Below are positions 26,212 to 35,050 of a stretch of 64,000 nucleotides of DNA, piece after piece (the stretch's first letter is position 1; each line of letters begins with the position of its first letter). Below the pieces are notes generated by a model, which did not search any database, was not told the origin of the DNA, and worked only from the letters and a program-made list of their open reading frames with translations. This stretch comes from a virus. The translations under genes and the position numbers were made by a program. The DNA lies in the IMG/VR virus record IMGVR_UViG_3300047319_000185, positions 48,631 to 112,630 of that record; one strand, 5' to 3'.

Positions 26212-26742
26212 CTAGTAGGATATACCTGCTGCGTAACGAAGTCTACGAGCATGTCTTCCTTTCCCTTTGTTCTTACTTTTGTAAGTATCTAGTTGACTGT
26301 CACAGTTAGGACAGACAAGACGAAGATTGCTCCGCCAATTATTTTCTGAATTACCGTCAATATGGTCTAACACGAAGACTATAGGAAGTTCATTCCACAT
26401 AGTTCCATTTAAGCAGATACAGCATTTACTATGCTGCTCAGCAAGGATATATAGACGTATTGGATCATTCTGACTAGTACCTGGAGCTACTGAACCCTCT
26501 GCCAACCACTGATCTAACCTAGTTTTAACTCTATGCGCATTTGCACAGCTAGTAGAGCAATATTTTACTTGGATGTCATTTAACTCTTTAGTACAGTAAA
26601 AACAGCTATCGTAACGAATTTTAGTACCTAAAATCTGATTTCTTCTCACGCCTTGATTATTAACTGTTGCTGCACAAGAACGTGAACAAAATTTAGGATT
26701 TTTAGTTTGGTTTAAACATGATGGATTCTTACAAGTATTCAT
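26212..26742 (-). CDS. HNH endonuclease
   Basis: FCSRSC Zn fingers; LDHIDGN..N..SNLRLVCPNC. Confidence 0.9.
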   Translation of the reverse strand: MNTCKNPSCLNQTKNPKFCSRSCAATVNNQGVRRNQILGTKIRYDSCFYCTKELNDIQVKYCSTSCANAHRVKTRLDQWLAEGSVAPGTSQNDPIRLYILAEQHSKCCICLNGTMWNELPIVFVLDHIDGNSENNWRSNLRLVCPNCDSQLDTYKSKNKGKGRHARRLRYAAGISY

Positions 26743-26770
26743 AGTGTAAGCATACCATATTCGAACCTAG

Positions 26771-26844
26771 AGCCGGTAGGGGGAATCGAACCCAACCTAA
26801 ATCCGCTTTACAAGAGCGGTGCATCGCCATTATGCTTTACCGGC
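26771..26844 (-). tRNA. tRNA-Thr(TGT)
   Basis: Loop CT-TGT-AA. Confidence 0.9.
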
Positions 26845-26851
26845 AAGTGCT

Positions 26852-26881
26852 ACTATATCAGGTTAGTAGCCAACCTGTCAA
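26852..26881 (-). promoter_or_regulatory. Internal promoter
   Basis: TTGACA-18-TATAGT. Confidence 0.65.
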
Positions 26882-26916
26882 ACAACAGCGGAAGGAGGAA
26901 CACTGTTGTCTAACTA

Positions 26917-27204
26917 TTAGGAAGTTCCGGAAGCCGTAACAACCCAGTCTGTGATTGCATTAAGAGTAAAGTCAATAGGCTTTGCAAAAGCGTTTCCGCT
27001 TAGGTACACAGTCCAAAGACCATCTGTTCCACCAGCGCCAGGAGCTACAGGAGCCTGAACAACAGATGTAACTGTTGGATAGCCAAGACCAGTAGCTGGA
27101 ACAGGCTGCACGTAGCAGTGACCGTCAGCAGCAGCTACGAAAGCAACAGCGGTTCCGACAGTCAGAGCATTTACTCTAGTTGGTGCGTTATAAGTGATTG
27201 CCAT
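26917..27204 (-). CDS. Ala/Thr-rich hypothetical protein (possibly virion)
   Basis: GAAAGG RBS; composition resembles structural proteins. Confidence 0.6.
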   Translation of the reverse strand: MAITYNAPTRVNALTVGTAVAFVAAADGHCYVQPVPATGLGYPTVTSVVQAPVAPGAGGTDGLWTVYLSGNAFAKPIDFTLNAITDWVVTASGTS

Positions 27205-27286
27205 TTTTGAGCCTTTCATGAAAGAACTATATTTAGTTCGCTATAGCCCTATTATCGTATCATGAAAGGTCATTTAATTCTTAACG

Positions 27287-27358
27287 TACCCCCGGAGGGA
27301 ATTGAACCCTCTCTTCAGGCTTGAAAGGCCAGTGTACTAACCAATATACTACGGGGAC
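27287..27358 (-). tRNA. tRNA-Glu(TTC)
   Basis: Loop CT-TTC-AA. Confidence 0.9.
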
Positions 27359-27595
27359 AAAAACCCTACCAGTCCCGGAGAACGGTAGGGAACAATCTCG
27401 GCAAGGGAACAGTAGTGCCTGCTTCGAATCAGGGACTGTTGGTGCCTTGCTGAGTATAAATAGTCCTTAGGGTTACCCATCCCTTAACTACACTGAATGG
27501 TTGATCACAGGCAGCTTATCTCATTTCAGCTAGCGAGACCGGATGTGGCTTCAGCTCATCCCGCAATCTCTTGAGACCTGTGAGGGTAACAAACG

Positions 27596-27669
27596 TACTC
27601 CGTACGGGGCTCGAACCCGTAATCTCTTCCTTGAGAGGGAAGTGACTTAACCACTTTGTCCAACGGAGC
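27596..27669 (-). tRNA. tRNA-Glu(CTC)
   Basis: Loop CT-CTC-AA. Confidence 0.92.
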
Positions 27670-27672
27670 ATA

Positions 27673-27825
27673 TTACTTATTTCTTAGACTGTCTACTACT
27701 TTGCGCTGATCCCTGATCTTTGTGGTCAAGGCCTGTCGTTGTGCACTCTGCTTCACAGTACGCAATTCTTGCATCATCTCATGAAGTTTGTCAAGTGCGT
27801 CCTTGTATTCCTGACTGAAGCCCAT
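27673..27825 (-). CDS. Small coiled-coil protein (50 aa)
   Basis: Manually read MGFSQEYKD...; GAGGAG RBS. Confidence 0.55.
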   Translation of the reverse strand: MGFSQEYKDALDKLHEMMQELRTVKQSAQRQALTTKIRDQRKVVDSLRNK

Positions 27826-27826
27826 A

Positions 27827-27985
27827 TTACTTGTGTCTCCTCAGAAGTTCAGTATTGATCTGATCGATTTCTCGTTCAATGAACTTCTTACGTTGTTTTG
27901 ACAGTCCACCCTGCTTGATGATGTCCTGTCTTAGTTTTAGATAGCCTTTTAACTGTTCACTTGTTTTAGACTCTAAGTGTTCCAT
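27827..27985 (-). CDS. Small helical protein (52 aa)
   Basis: Manually read MEHLESK...; ATG abuts the tRNA-Asp 3' end. Confidence 0.5.
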   Translation of the reverse strand: MEHLESKTSEQLKGYLKLRQDIIKQGGLSKQRKKFIEREIDQINTELLRRHK

Positions 27986-27986
27986 G

Positions 27987-28058
27987 CGCCCACGACGGTA
28001 TTCGAAACCGCCCTTGCAGCTTGACAGGCTACCGTGCTAACCACTACACTACGCGAGC
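27987..28058 (-). tRNA. tRNA-Asp(GTC)
   Basis: Loop CT-GTC-AA. Confidence 0.9.
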
Positions 28059-28083
28059 AAAGTTGCTTTCGCAACCGATTAAG

Positions 28084-28392
28084 TTATTCTGGCCAGCTAA
28101 TATTGGGATACTGCTCAACTGCTGTGCCATCTCGTACTATTACCCTTGACATGTCTGGAGATTCTTCTCCATGTCTCAGGACTATCAAGAAGTTGTTAGG
28201 ATAAGCATATGCTAACTGCTGTAGGTCTGTCAACCAGTCATACCACTTAGCACAGTCATATCCGCTTACTTGGCCCTCATAATCTTCCCAACCAGGAGAT
28301 CCCCAGCCATACTGCTTATCAGCGTTGTTGAGAACATCCTTGATATCAGGAATATCTGTATCTACTACTTCGAAAGTAGAGTAATAACCCAT
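28084..28392 (-). CDS. Hypothetical protein
   Basis: MGYYSTF..KWYD..YP..GEE phage family pattern; GGAGG RBS. Confidence 0.65.
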   Translation of the reverse strand: MGYYSTFEVVDTDIPDIKDVLNNADKQYGWGSPGWEDYEGQVSGYDCAKWYDWLTDLQQLAYAYPNNFLIVLRHGEESPDMSRVIVRDGTAVEQYPNISWPE

Positions 28393-28416
28393 AGTTGCCT
28401 CCATAGATTGTAAAAG

Positions 28417-28487
28417 CTCCCCCACCAGGGCTCGAACCTAGACTCCGAGAGCCAAAGGCTCGTGTGCTGCCATTACACTAAAGGGGA
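28417..28487 (-). tRNA. tRNA-Gln(TTG)
   Basis: Loop CT-TTG-GC. Confidence 0.88.
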
Positions 28488-28491
28488 AAAG

Positions 28492-28562
28492 CTCTCCAAC
28501 CTGGATTCGAACCAAGTCCAGCGAATTCAGAGTCCGCGATGCTGCCGTTACACCATTGGAGA
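28492..28562 (-). tRNA. tRNA-Gln(CTG)
   Basis: Loop CT-CTG-AA. Confidence 0.92.
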
Positions 28563-28637
28563 ATAAGAGGGTCGCGTATTGGGACAATTCAAACCCAAGA
28601 ACCAATACCACCTACTCTAGGCGGGAAACCCAGCAAG

Positions 28638-28710
28638 TACCGTATAGGAGACTCGAACTCCTTCGTTCACTTTGGAAGAGTGACATGCTGCCATTGAACA
28701 TCAATACGGC
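28638..28710 (-). tRNA. tRNA-Gly(TCC)
   Basis: Loop CT-TCC-AA. Confidence 0.9.
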
Positions 28711-28723
28711 ATTATTTAATTGT

Positions 28724-28800
28724 TGGTGGCGGAGCTTCGGAATCGCACCGAATTAACCCAGCTTATGAGACTGGTCGAGATAACTAACCTCCCGCCCGCA
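28724..28800 (-). tRNA. tRNA-Met(CAT), possibly initiator-like, encoded CCA
   Basis: Loop CT-CAT-AA; 1:72 mismatch; ends ACCA. Confidence 0.78.
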
Positions 28801-28801
28801 G

Positions 28802-28872
28802 TAGCTGATGACAGAATTGAACTGTCGTTGACGGCTTATGAAACCGTTGTTCTGCCATTGAACTAATCAGCC
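28802..28872 (-). tRNA. tRNA-Met/Ile2(CAT)
   Basis: Loop TT-CAT-AA. Confidence 0.88.
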
Positions 28873-29020
28873 ATCGGCTTATTCAGCCATAAAACTTATA
28901 CTGAGGAGCCGAACTGCGCTACCTCAATCTTCTTACCATCAATAAGCTTCTCTACCTTAGCAGAGGCCTTAACGGTATTCAAAGGCTTACGCATATCGTC
29001 TCCTTCTAGTTGTTGTAAAG

Positions 29021-29093
29021 TGTCCCCGACCGGGTTCGAACCGATGACCTGCGCAGCTTCAATGCGCCGCTCTACCAACTGAGCTACAGGGAC
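29021..29093 (-). tRNA. tRNA-Phe(GAA)
   Basis: Loop TT-GAA-GC. Confidence 0.92.
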
Positions 29094-29159
29094 AAACGAG
29101 TTACTTACTTGTATTTAGCATCGTATCTATTATGTGATTTGGTGATGTCTATACGTTGA

Positions 29160-29495
29160 TCATAACTCTAGTTTGCGTATGTGCGTTCGTGTCGCATGAC
29201 AGTTTGCACATACAAGATCACATTTAGCAACTTCTTCAAGAAGCGCCTTGATAGTACTTATCTTACCTGTTTCGGACACATTGACAAGTTTAATCTCGTC
29301 AGGTCGGTGATCGAACTGCATTACCCAATAAGGATATGCTACAGAGCAATCTAAACAGGGTTGCATATCCTTTAGCTCAAGAGTGATTCTGCGCATCTCA
29401 AGCTTTAAAGCTCTAGACCTTGCATAATACTTCTCTTTGTTAGCTTGGTAATGCTTCTTAGTGTACTCGCGTTGTTTTTCTTTAGAAAGTGTCAT
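29160..29495 (-). CDS. HNH endonuclease
   Basis: PCLDC..YPYWVMQFDH..KCDLVCANCHATRT. Confidence 0.88.
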   Translation of the reverse strand: MTLSKEKQREYTKKHYQANKEKYYARSRALKLEMRRITLELKDMQPCLDCSVAYPYWVMQFDHRPDEIKLVNVSETGKISTIKALLEEVAKCDLVCANCHATRTHIRKLEL

Positions 29496-29533
29496 ACTTC
29501 ATTGTATCAAATCTTTGTTAGAGATTTGAACCG

Positions 29534-29607
29534 TCTAGATGGCAGGATTTGAACCTGCGACCGCCCGAATCCAAGTCGGGTACGCTACCAAACTGCGCTA
29601 CATCTAG
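29534..29607 (-). tRNA. tRNA-Pro(TGG)
   Basis: Loop CT-TGG-AT. Confidence 0.9.
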
Positions 29608-29619
29608 ATTAATACTACG

Positions 29620-29691
29620 TCGGGCACCCGAGAATCGAACTCGGTTTATCCTGTTCCCAAAACAGGCGGATTACCATCTTCCTCGTGCCCG
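29620..29691 (-). tRNA. tRNA-Pro(TGG), second copy
   Basis: Loop TT-TGG-GA. Confidence 0.9.
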
Positions 29692-29737
29692 ATAGAGAGC
29701 TGACGTTAATCAGCTCCCGTTGAAAGGAGGCAAGATC

Positions 29738-29766
29738 AGTATAACATCCTGCTGTCCCTAAGTCAA
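29738..29766 (-). promoter_or_regulatory. Main promoter of the tRNA array
   Basis: TTGACT-17-TATACT. Confidence 0.7.
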
Positions 29767-29915
29767 TTACTTCTTTTCCGCGCTAGTACTATACTGATTT
29801 CCATGTTTCTGGCACAAGTATCTGACTACTCCCTTAACTGGAGCGCGCATACACGCACGTCTCTGACATCCTTTGAACCAGCACTGATCTATCAAAGGTA
29901 CGTATTCATTAGTCA

Positions 29916-30143
29916 TTACAGTACCACGGTTACTTCGTTGATGTCAACCCTACCGATAAGAAGTTCACCAGAACGAAGAGACGCTGTATGGATGCTTACC
30001 TGGTCCCTGACTGGCTCTGTGTGATCCCAGACTATGTTGTAGTGGCCCATGTTGTCAAGCAGTTGTTCTGTGACCTCCATGTGACCGCCCATGTGGTGAA
30101 GGGCTACAACAAGGAGTCTAGCCAGAAGCTGTTCCTGTGTCAA
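29916..30143 (-). CDS. Hypothetical protein
   Basis: AAGGAG RBS. Confidence 0.55.
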   Translation of the reverse strand: MTQEQLLARLLVVALHHMGGHMEVTEQLLDNMGHYNIVWDHTEPVRDQVSIHTASLRSGELLIGRVDINEVTVVL

Positions 30144-30145
30144 GG

Positions 30146-30343
30146 TCAGCTCTCCTTTGAAAGACGGGAGATGGTTTCCTTGAGGTGACCGTTGGCTTCC
30201 AGTAGCTCCTGTACGTGATTCTTTGCCACCTCTGAGGCTACTAGAGCTATCTCATCGACAAACCGTTCACTGTCAGCATCATCGGGTCTTATACGGGCAA
30301 CCAGAGCTTCGTAGATATCATCGTAAATTAGATTTCTTTGCAT
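30146..30343 (-). CDS. Hypothetical protein
   Basis: ORF in operon. Confidence 0.55.
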   Translation of the reverse strand: MQRNLIYDDIYEALVARIRPDDADSERFVDEIALVASEVAKNHVQELLEANGHLKETISRLSKES

Positions 30344-30553
30344 TTAAATCTCCGGGTAATGTGCATCTTCACCAAAGGGTGCCATAACTACAAGAGCATT
30401 TTGGTTAATGTTATCGACCAGAGCCTCTAGTACTGAACGAATGTAGACGGTGATTCCCAGACCCTTCTTATCTGCTTCCTTCTTCAGTACCGCAAGAGTA
30501 TCCTTGTGAAGCCGTAGGCTTCTGGATACCATCGCTGTGCTTGTGTTCTCCAT
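30344..30553 (-). CDS. Ribbon-helix-helix DNA-binding protein
   Basis: RSLRLHKDTLAVLKKEADKKGLGITVYIRSVL. Confidence 0.7.
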   Translation of the reverse strand: MENTSTAMVSRSLRLHKDTLAVLKKEADKKGLGITVYIRSVLEALVDNINQNALVVMAPFGEDAHYPEI

Positions 30554-30610
30554 ATGGTTCTCCTTATTGTAAAGTTCTGTAAAAAGTAGTGTATCACAGA
30601 CTTTTACCAA

Positions 30611-30960
30611 AGGAAACCAACAAGATCATCCTGGAACAACTACTACCAGAAGAGAAAAAGACATAAAGATCACCAGATGGATTAGTTTATTACCGGATGA
30701 TAGTAACAGAAGAGTTTTATTCTACTAGTTCTATTCTTTTAGTACTAGTCTCTTCTGGTAAGTTATTTTATTCTCTTAGTAGATTAGTTTTATACTAGTA
30801 ATCTTCTAGTTATTTTCTTATAGAAGTTCTTTACTATAAGATTCTATTCTCTTGGTAACTTTTTCTTCTACTAGACTTTTACTCTTCTAGTCTGTAAGCT
30901 TTTAGTCCGAAGGACTTATATACAGACTATGTCTTGTCTTTGTGTCCTGCTCGCTCCTGT
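30611..30960. other. AT-rich, strand-biased non-coding region (candidate origin)
   Basis: No ORF; repeated CTAG/TAGT words; sits at the strand-switch point. Confidence 0.4.
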
Positions 30961-31260
30961 CCAGCTTACCATACGGTTCCAAATCTGTAAAGTCACTTGG
31001 TAGGTTGTCATGGGGTACGTTCTCTGGTAGAGTATCCTTTAAGGGAGAACTGGTGGGGGTAACCAGCAAATAGAGAAGGTCACGTATGAAGAACTACAGC
31101 ATAGCAAACATGGATATCGGTAAGAAGGGTCCATGCATGGTTCCTGGTCATCCTAAAGAGCATGTACTGGACATGGCCTGTTGGTCAACCATGCGCAGAT
31201 TCCTGCACGACAATTCATTCCAGGCTTTCCTGGATGAGGTAAACAGAAAGAAGTAAGGAT

Positions 31261-31671
31261 ATGGGACGAAAGAATCAGAGTTCCTACTATTCCAAACCTA
31301 TTGCACGGATACATGCTGACTTCGGTGGTATCTGTGCATTGTGCGGAAATTTTGTAGAACTCTCTGATGCGTCCCGCGACCATATAATCCCCCGCTCAAA
31401 AGGCGGGGGTAATGGCCGGGACAATATACAGCTTACTCATAAGAGCTGTAACAACCTCAAGGGTGATATAAGTTACCCTGTCGACTGGCAAGAGCAGCTT
31501 AAGCGGGATATGGTAATACCAAAGGGCTATCAATGCCGTTACTGCTCACAGGAGATAAACAAGCAGCACAAGGACTACCAGTATGTGGCAAAGGTGATCG
31601 TACAAGGAAAGATCGTAGCCCTTCATACCTGGTGCAATGAGGAGAGGATAAAATATGGAAAGCAGCTATAG
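31261..31671 (+). CDS. HNH endonuclease
   Basis: CALCG..SRDHIIPRSKGG.N..DNIQLTHKSCNNLKG. Confidence 0.88.
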   Translation: MGRKNQSSYYSKPIARIHADFGGICALCGNFVELSDASRDHIIPRSKGGGNGRDNIQLTHKSCNNLKGDISYPVDWQEQLKRDMVIPKGYQCRYCSQEINKQHKDYQYVAKVIVQGKIVALHTWCNEERIKYGKQL

Positions 31672-31859
31672 ACGGAGAACCTTATGAAGAAGACTAATAG
31701 AAGACCTCGTATTAAAGATCCGCTTATTCTTAACAACCCTGATGTACTTGGTTATATATGCGCCAAGTGTCAGGGAGGAATGCACAAGTTCTGTAGTGCC
31801 AAGGGTGGTAAGACTAAATTAGGCTGTGTATGTCCTGACAAGAGCCATGAGAGAAAATA

Positions 31860-32273
31860 ATGACAGGATTCTGGGAAGACGGAAATTACGGTATGGATTT
31901 TCTGGCTGCACGAAATAAAGCAGATGCCAAGAAGGCAGAAGCGGCCAGAAAGACCAAATGGGAGATAGAAGAGGAACAGCGCAATAAGCTAGCCGCTGCT
32001 CTCTGGAAGAACGAGATGCATCCTGGCAGAGACCACTGTAGTAGCTGTTTTGGTGAGTTTGAATACGGCAGTGGCGTAATGATGGATGGCTACTGCTGTT
32101 GCAAGGACAACGGAATTACCGGAGTCGTTCAGCCACTTGACGATTATGACTATCGTGTCAAATATCCACCAGTAAATGGAAAGGTCCCCGAAATATTCGA
32201 AAAGTGGGGACCAAGAACACAGGAACGATACCTGAAGAGATTCGAAGGAGAACTAAATGAGCTGGGTAAGTAA
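31860..32273 (+). CDS. Hypothetical protein
   Basis: ORF with Cys cluster. Confidence 0.6.
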   Translation: MTGFWEDGNYGMDFLAARNKADAKKAEAARKTKWEIEEEQRNKLAAALWKNEMHPGRDHCSSCFGEFEYGSGVMMDGYCCCKDNGITGVVQPLDDYDYRVKYPPVNGKVPEIFEKWGPRTQERYLKRFEGELNELGK

Positions 32274-32589
32274 CGCTGTCGTCTTTATTCCCTGCGGGGA
32301 AAAGGACAAGGACAGGCTTGATGAAGTAAATGCCGCTCTGGTAGGACAGGGTAAATACAATCAGGAATTCATAGCATCCACTGATCTGTCTGTAGGTACA
32401 GAATGGTACGGCGGGCATAAGTGTATGGAAATGGATATGTGGGCCGCAGCATTCAACTACATAGGTCTGGAAAGAGTACTGGAAGCCCTGGAAGCGGCTG
32501 ACTGGAAGTACCCACAAGGAGTTGTACTGATGTGGGCCGACCAGGAAGACACATTCTGGTCCGTACATAAGCTAGGAGAGATCAGATAA
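32257..32589 (+). CDS. Hypothetical protein
   Basis: GG.K.ME..W.AAFNY family pattern. Confidence 0.65.
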   Translation: MSWVSNAVVFIPCGEKDKDRLDEVNAALVGQGKYNQEFIASTDLSVGTEWYGGHKCMEMDMWAAAFNYIGLERVLEALEAADWKYPQGVVLMWADQEDTFWSVHKLGEIR

Positions 32590-32933
32590 TGTGCGGGATG
32601 TGCAGTGATGTCGTTGACGGATGTGACCAGGTAGAGTGCGGAGCACTACCAAGAATCAGGGAAGACGGAACTCGTAGAAACCACTATATGCGCTGGTTCA
32701 CCTTTGATGATGTCTTCTGCAAGCACAAAGAAGAGAAATACGGAACCACTAATCCCAGTCTTGCCAGCCATGTTGAAATAGAGCACGACTGGGATACCGA
32801 AGACATAGATTATTCAGAGGCAGTAGGTAATCCTCTTATCTGTGATGACTTGTGCATTATGAACGGATGGTACAAGGTAATAGAAGTAAAGAATGTTGTC
32901 GAAGCACTGAGAAGGAGCAATAATGGAGCCTAA
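32589..32933 (+). CDS. Hypothetical protein
   Basis: Translationally coupled ORF. Confidence 0.6.
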   Translation: MCGMCSDVVDGCDQVECGALPRIREDGTRRNHYMRWFTFDDVFCKHKEEKYGTTNPSLASHVEIEHDWDTEDIDYSEAVGNPLICDDLCIMNGWYKVIEVKNVVEALRRSNNGA

Positions 32934-33456
32934 TCCGATACTGCTACTGGACGTTGACGGGCCATTAAATCCATTCGCGGCCAAGGCTACACAGAGACCA
33001 GATGGCTATGAGACCCACAGAATGCGCCCTAATGGCTTTCTTATGCAGAATGCACTTAGAGTATGGCTTAATCCTCTGCACGGTGAGAAGCTCCTGAACC
33101 TCGGCTACGACCTTGTATGGGCAACCATGTGGGAAGACGAAGCCAATGAGTGGATCGCGCCGCATATAGGCCTTCCTGAGCTTCCTTTCATCAGTTTCAA
33201 GCACGCCAGCTGGTACGACAGGGACGGTCTGTACGTCAAGACGAAGACTATTGCCAGTTTCATGAACGAAGAGTATGCTGGGGTACCGTTCATCTGGGTT
33301 GATGACGAGACAACTGCTGCTGATACCAACTATCTGAGGCAGAACTGTCCTGTAAGGTCAAAGATTTTCACTATCAACCCGAGAATTGGGCTAATGGACC
33401 GAGATTTTGATGAAATCCGAGTATACAAGGCAAAACTAATGAGATGGAGCAGCTAA
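32923..33456 (+). CDS. HAD-family phosphatase (RNA-repair Swiss-army-knife type)
   Basis: LLDVDGPLN, WATMW, WVDDE and GL motifs. Confidence 0.85.
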   Translation: MEPNPILLLDVDGPLNPFAAKATQRPDGYETHRMRPNGFLMQNALRVWLNPLHGEKLLNLGYDLVWATMWEDEANEWIAPHIGLPELPFISFKHASWYDRDGLYVKTKTIASFMNEEYAGVPFIWVDDETTAADTNYLRQNCPVRSKIFTINPRIGLMDRDFDEIRVYKAKLMRWSS

Positions 33457-33457
33457 A

Positions 33458-33637
33458 ATGAAGTTTTTCAAGTCAAAAGACGAGTGTCCACCCGGTTATA
33501 CGATTCTATGTGTGGACAATCCCGTTGCCAATACAACCAGATACCAGATTCTCTTCAAGGGAAAAGATACAGGATGGTCTGGTACTGATGTGAATGCTGC
33601 TTTGCGTGAGGCTAAGAAGATGGCAAGAAATAAGTAA
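33458..33637 (+). CDS. Small protein, paralog of 33666-33863
   Basis: Manually read; CPPGY..Y.I.FKGKDTGW. Confidence 0.65.
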   Translation: MKFFKSKDECPPGYTILCVDNPVANTTRYQILFKGKDTGWSGTDVNAALREAKKMARNK

Positions 33638-33665
33638 CTAACAGACTAGATAAGGAGAGCCAAAA

Positions 33666-33863
33666 ATGGGATTCAACAACTGGCTCAAGACAAGAGGAGC
33701 CTGTCCACCAGGTTATGAGATAAAATACCTGGCCAACGACAGTGCAGGAAGGACCGAATACCGTATCTTCTTCAAGGGGAAAGACACAGGCTGGGCAGGA
33801 TTGGATGAAAAGGTAGCTATTCGTGCTATGAAGGACATGGCAAGAAACAACAAGTTCAAGTAA
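33666..33863 (+). CDS. Small protein, paralog of 33458-33637
   Basis: CPPGY..Y.I.FKGKDTGW; AAGGAG RBS. Confidence 0.65.
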   Translation: MGFNNWLKTRGACPPGYEIKYLANDSAGRTEYRIFFKGKDTGWAGLDEKVAIRAMKDMARNNKFK

Positions 33864-34049
33864 TCATGGCCAAAGAGAACCTGGACATGGCGTATAAGGG
33901 CTACCGTATCTACTACGGTGGTCCTATATACGGAATCTGTGTAAATAATCCCCAAGGTATCCGCGTAGTCATCGATACCAATGTAAGAACTGCCAAGATA
34001 CTCATCAAGGCCTTTATAAAGGAGGGTAAATGACTGGGGAATCTGCGAT

Positions 34050-34655
34050 ATGAGATATACGTACGACACAGAATTCATTGACGATGGTGAGCGTATTGAA
34101 TTACTGAGTATCGGTATTGTCGCTGAAGACGGTAGAGAATACTATGCTGTAACCAGTGATCCAAAAGTTATTGATAGAGCATGGCGTACCCTGAGCGGAG
34201 GAGAGTACTGGTTGAGAAAGAATGTACTGAACAGTTTTCCGATCAAGCAGGGACCAATTACCTTTACGCAGAACAATTGGGCACCGAACGACTCCCATCC
34301 CGACTGGGATAAAAGACGTACCCGAGAAGAAATGGCCAGAGAAGTCACCACCTTCCTCAGATATGAGACAGACATTGAACTTTGGGCATGGTATGCAGCA
34401 TATGACCACGTTGCTTTTTCCCAGTTGTTCGGGAAGATGATTGACCTTCCTCTCGGCTTTCCCATGTACACCAATGACATAAAGCAGGAGCACAGAAGAC
34501 TGGGCTATCCAAGAATTCCAGAACAGGCTCAGGGGGCACACAACGCCCTGGAAGACGCCAGATGGAACATGGATACCCTGCACTACCTAGAGGCCCTAGA
34601 AAGCCCCAAAGAATCGGTTCTAGCGGCAAATCCTAAGAGAACGAGAGTCTGGTAG
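34050..34655 (+). CDS. DEDDh 3'-5' exoribonuclease (Rv2179c/RNase AS-like)
   Basis: YDTEF, LLSIGIVAEDGREYYAV, AYDHV and HNALEDARW. Confidence 0.9.
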   Translation: MRYTYDTEFIDDGERIELLSIGIVAEDGREYYAVTSDPKVIDRAWRTLSGGEYWLRKNVLNSFPIKQGPITFTQNNWAPNDSHPDWDKRRTREEMAREVTTFLRYETDIELWAWYAAYDHVAFSQLFGKMIDLPLGFPMYTNDIKQEHRRLGYPRIPEQAQGAHNALEDARWNMDTLHYLEALESPKESVLAANPKRTRVW

Positions 34656-35050
34656 ATGGAGGATATCTATGGCTAAAGACGGACACAGACCAAAACGTAT
34701 GAAGAGCAACGCAGGTACCGACAACGTCAAGACAACATGTGAGCACTGCATCAATGGTGACCACCACAGGTGTACCAGCACTTCCACAAGGGGAATGGTG
34801 AAATGCCTGTGTGCCAATTTCTACCACAAGCTGTATGAGGAGTAGCCATGGAGGAAGCTGCGCTATGAAGGAGACTTCATCGTGAAAGGCAAGAAGCACA
34901 ATCCTTCCAATACAGTAAAAGACATATGGAGATGCCAGAACTGTCTTAAGGAAAAGCACCAGCACTGTCTGCGCTATGACAAAGGCTTCCCCTGTTACTG
35001 CATGGTCAACAATCATCTACTGGCCCATAAATAAACGGAGGAGGTATTAT

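Noticed and set aside
27361-27592. SRP RNA, SAM riboswitch or full-length tmRNA
   Set aside because: No SRP helix-8 motif, no SAM core, and no tRNA-like ends or tag ORF
18977-29691. Theta/HDV-like ribozymes at tRNA 3' ends
   Set aside because: The spacers I inspected lack the nested P1-P3 double pseudoknot and conserved L3 sequence; a covariance search is still worthwhile
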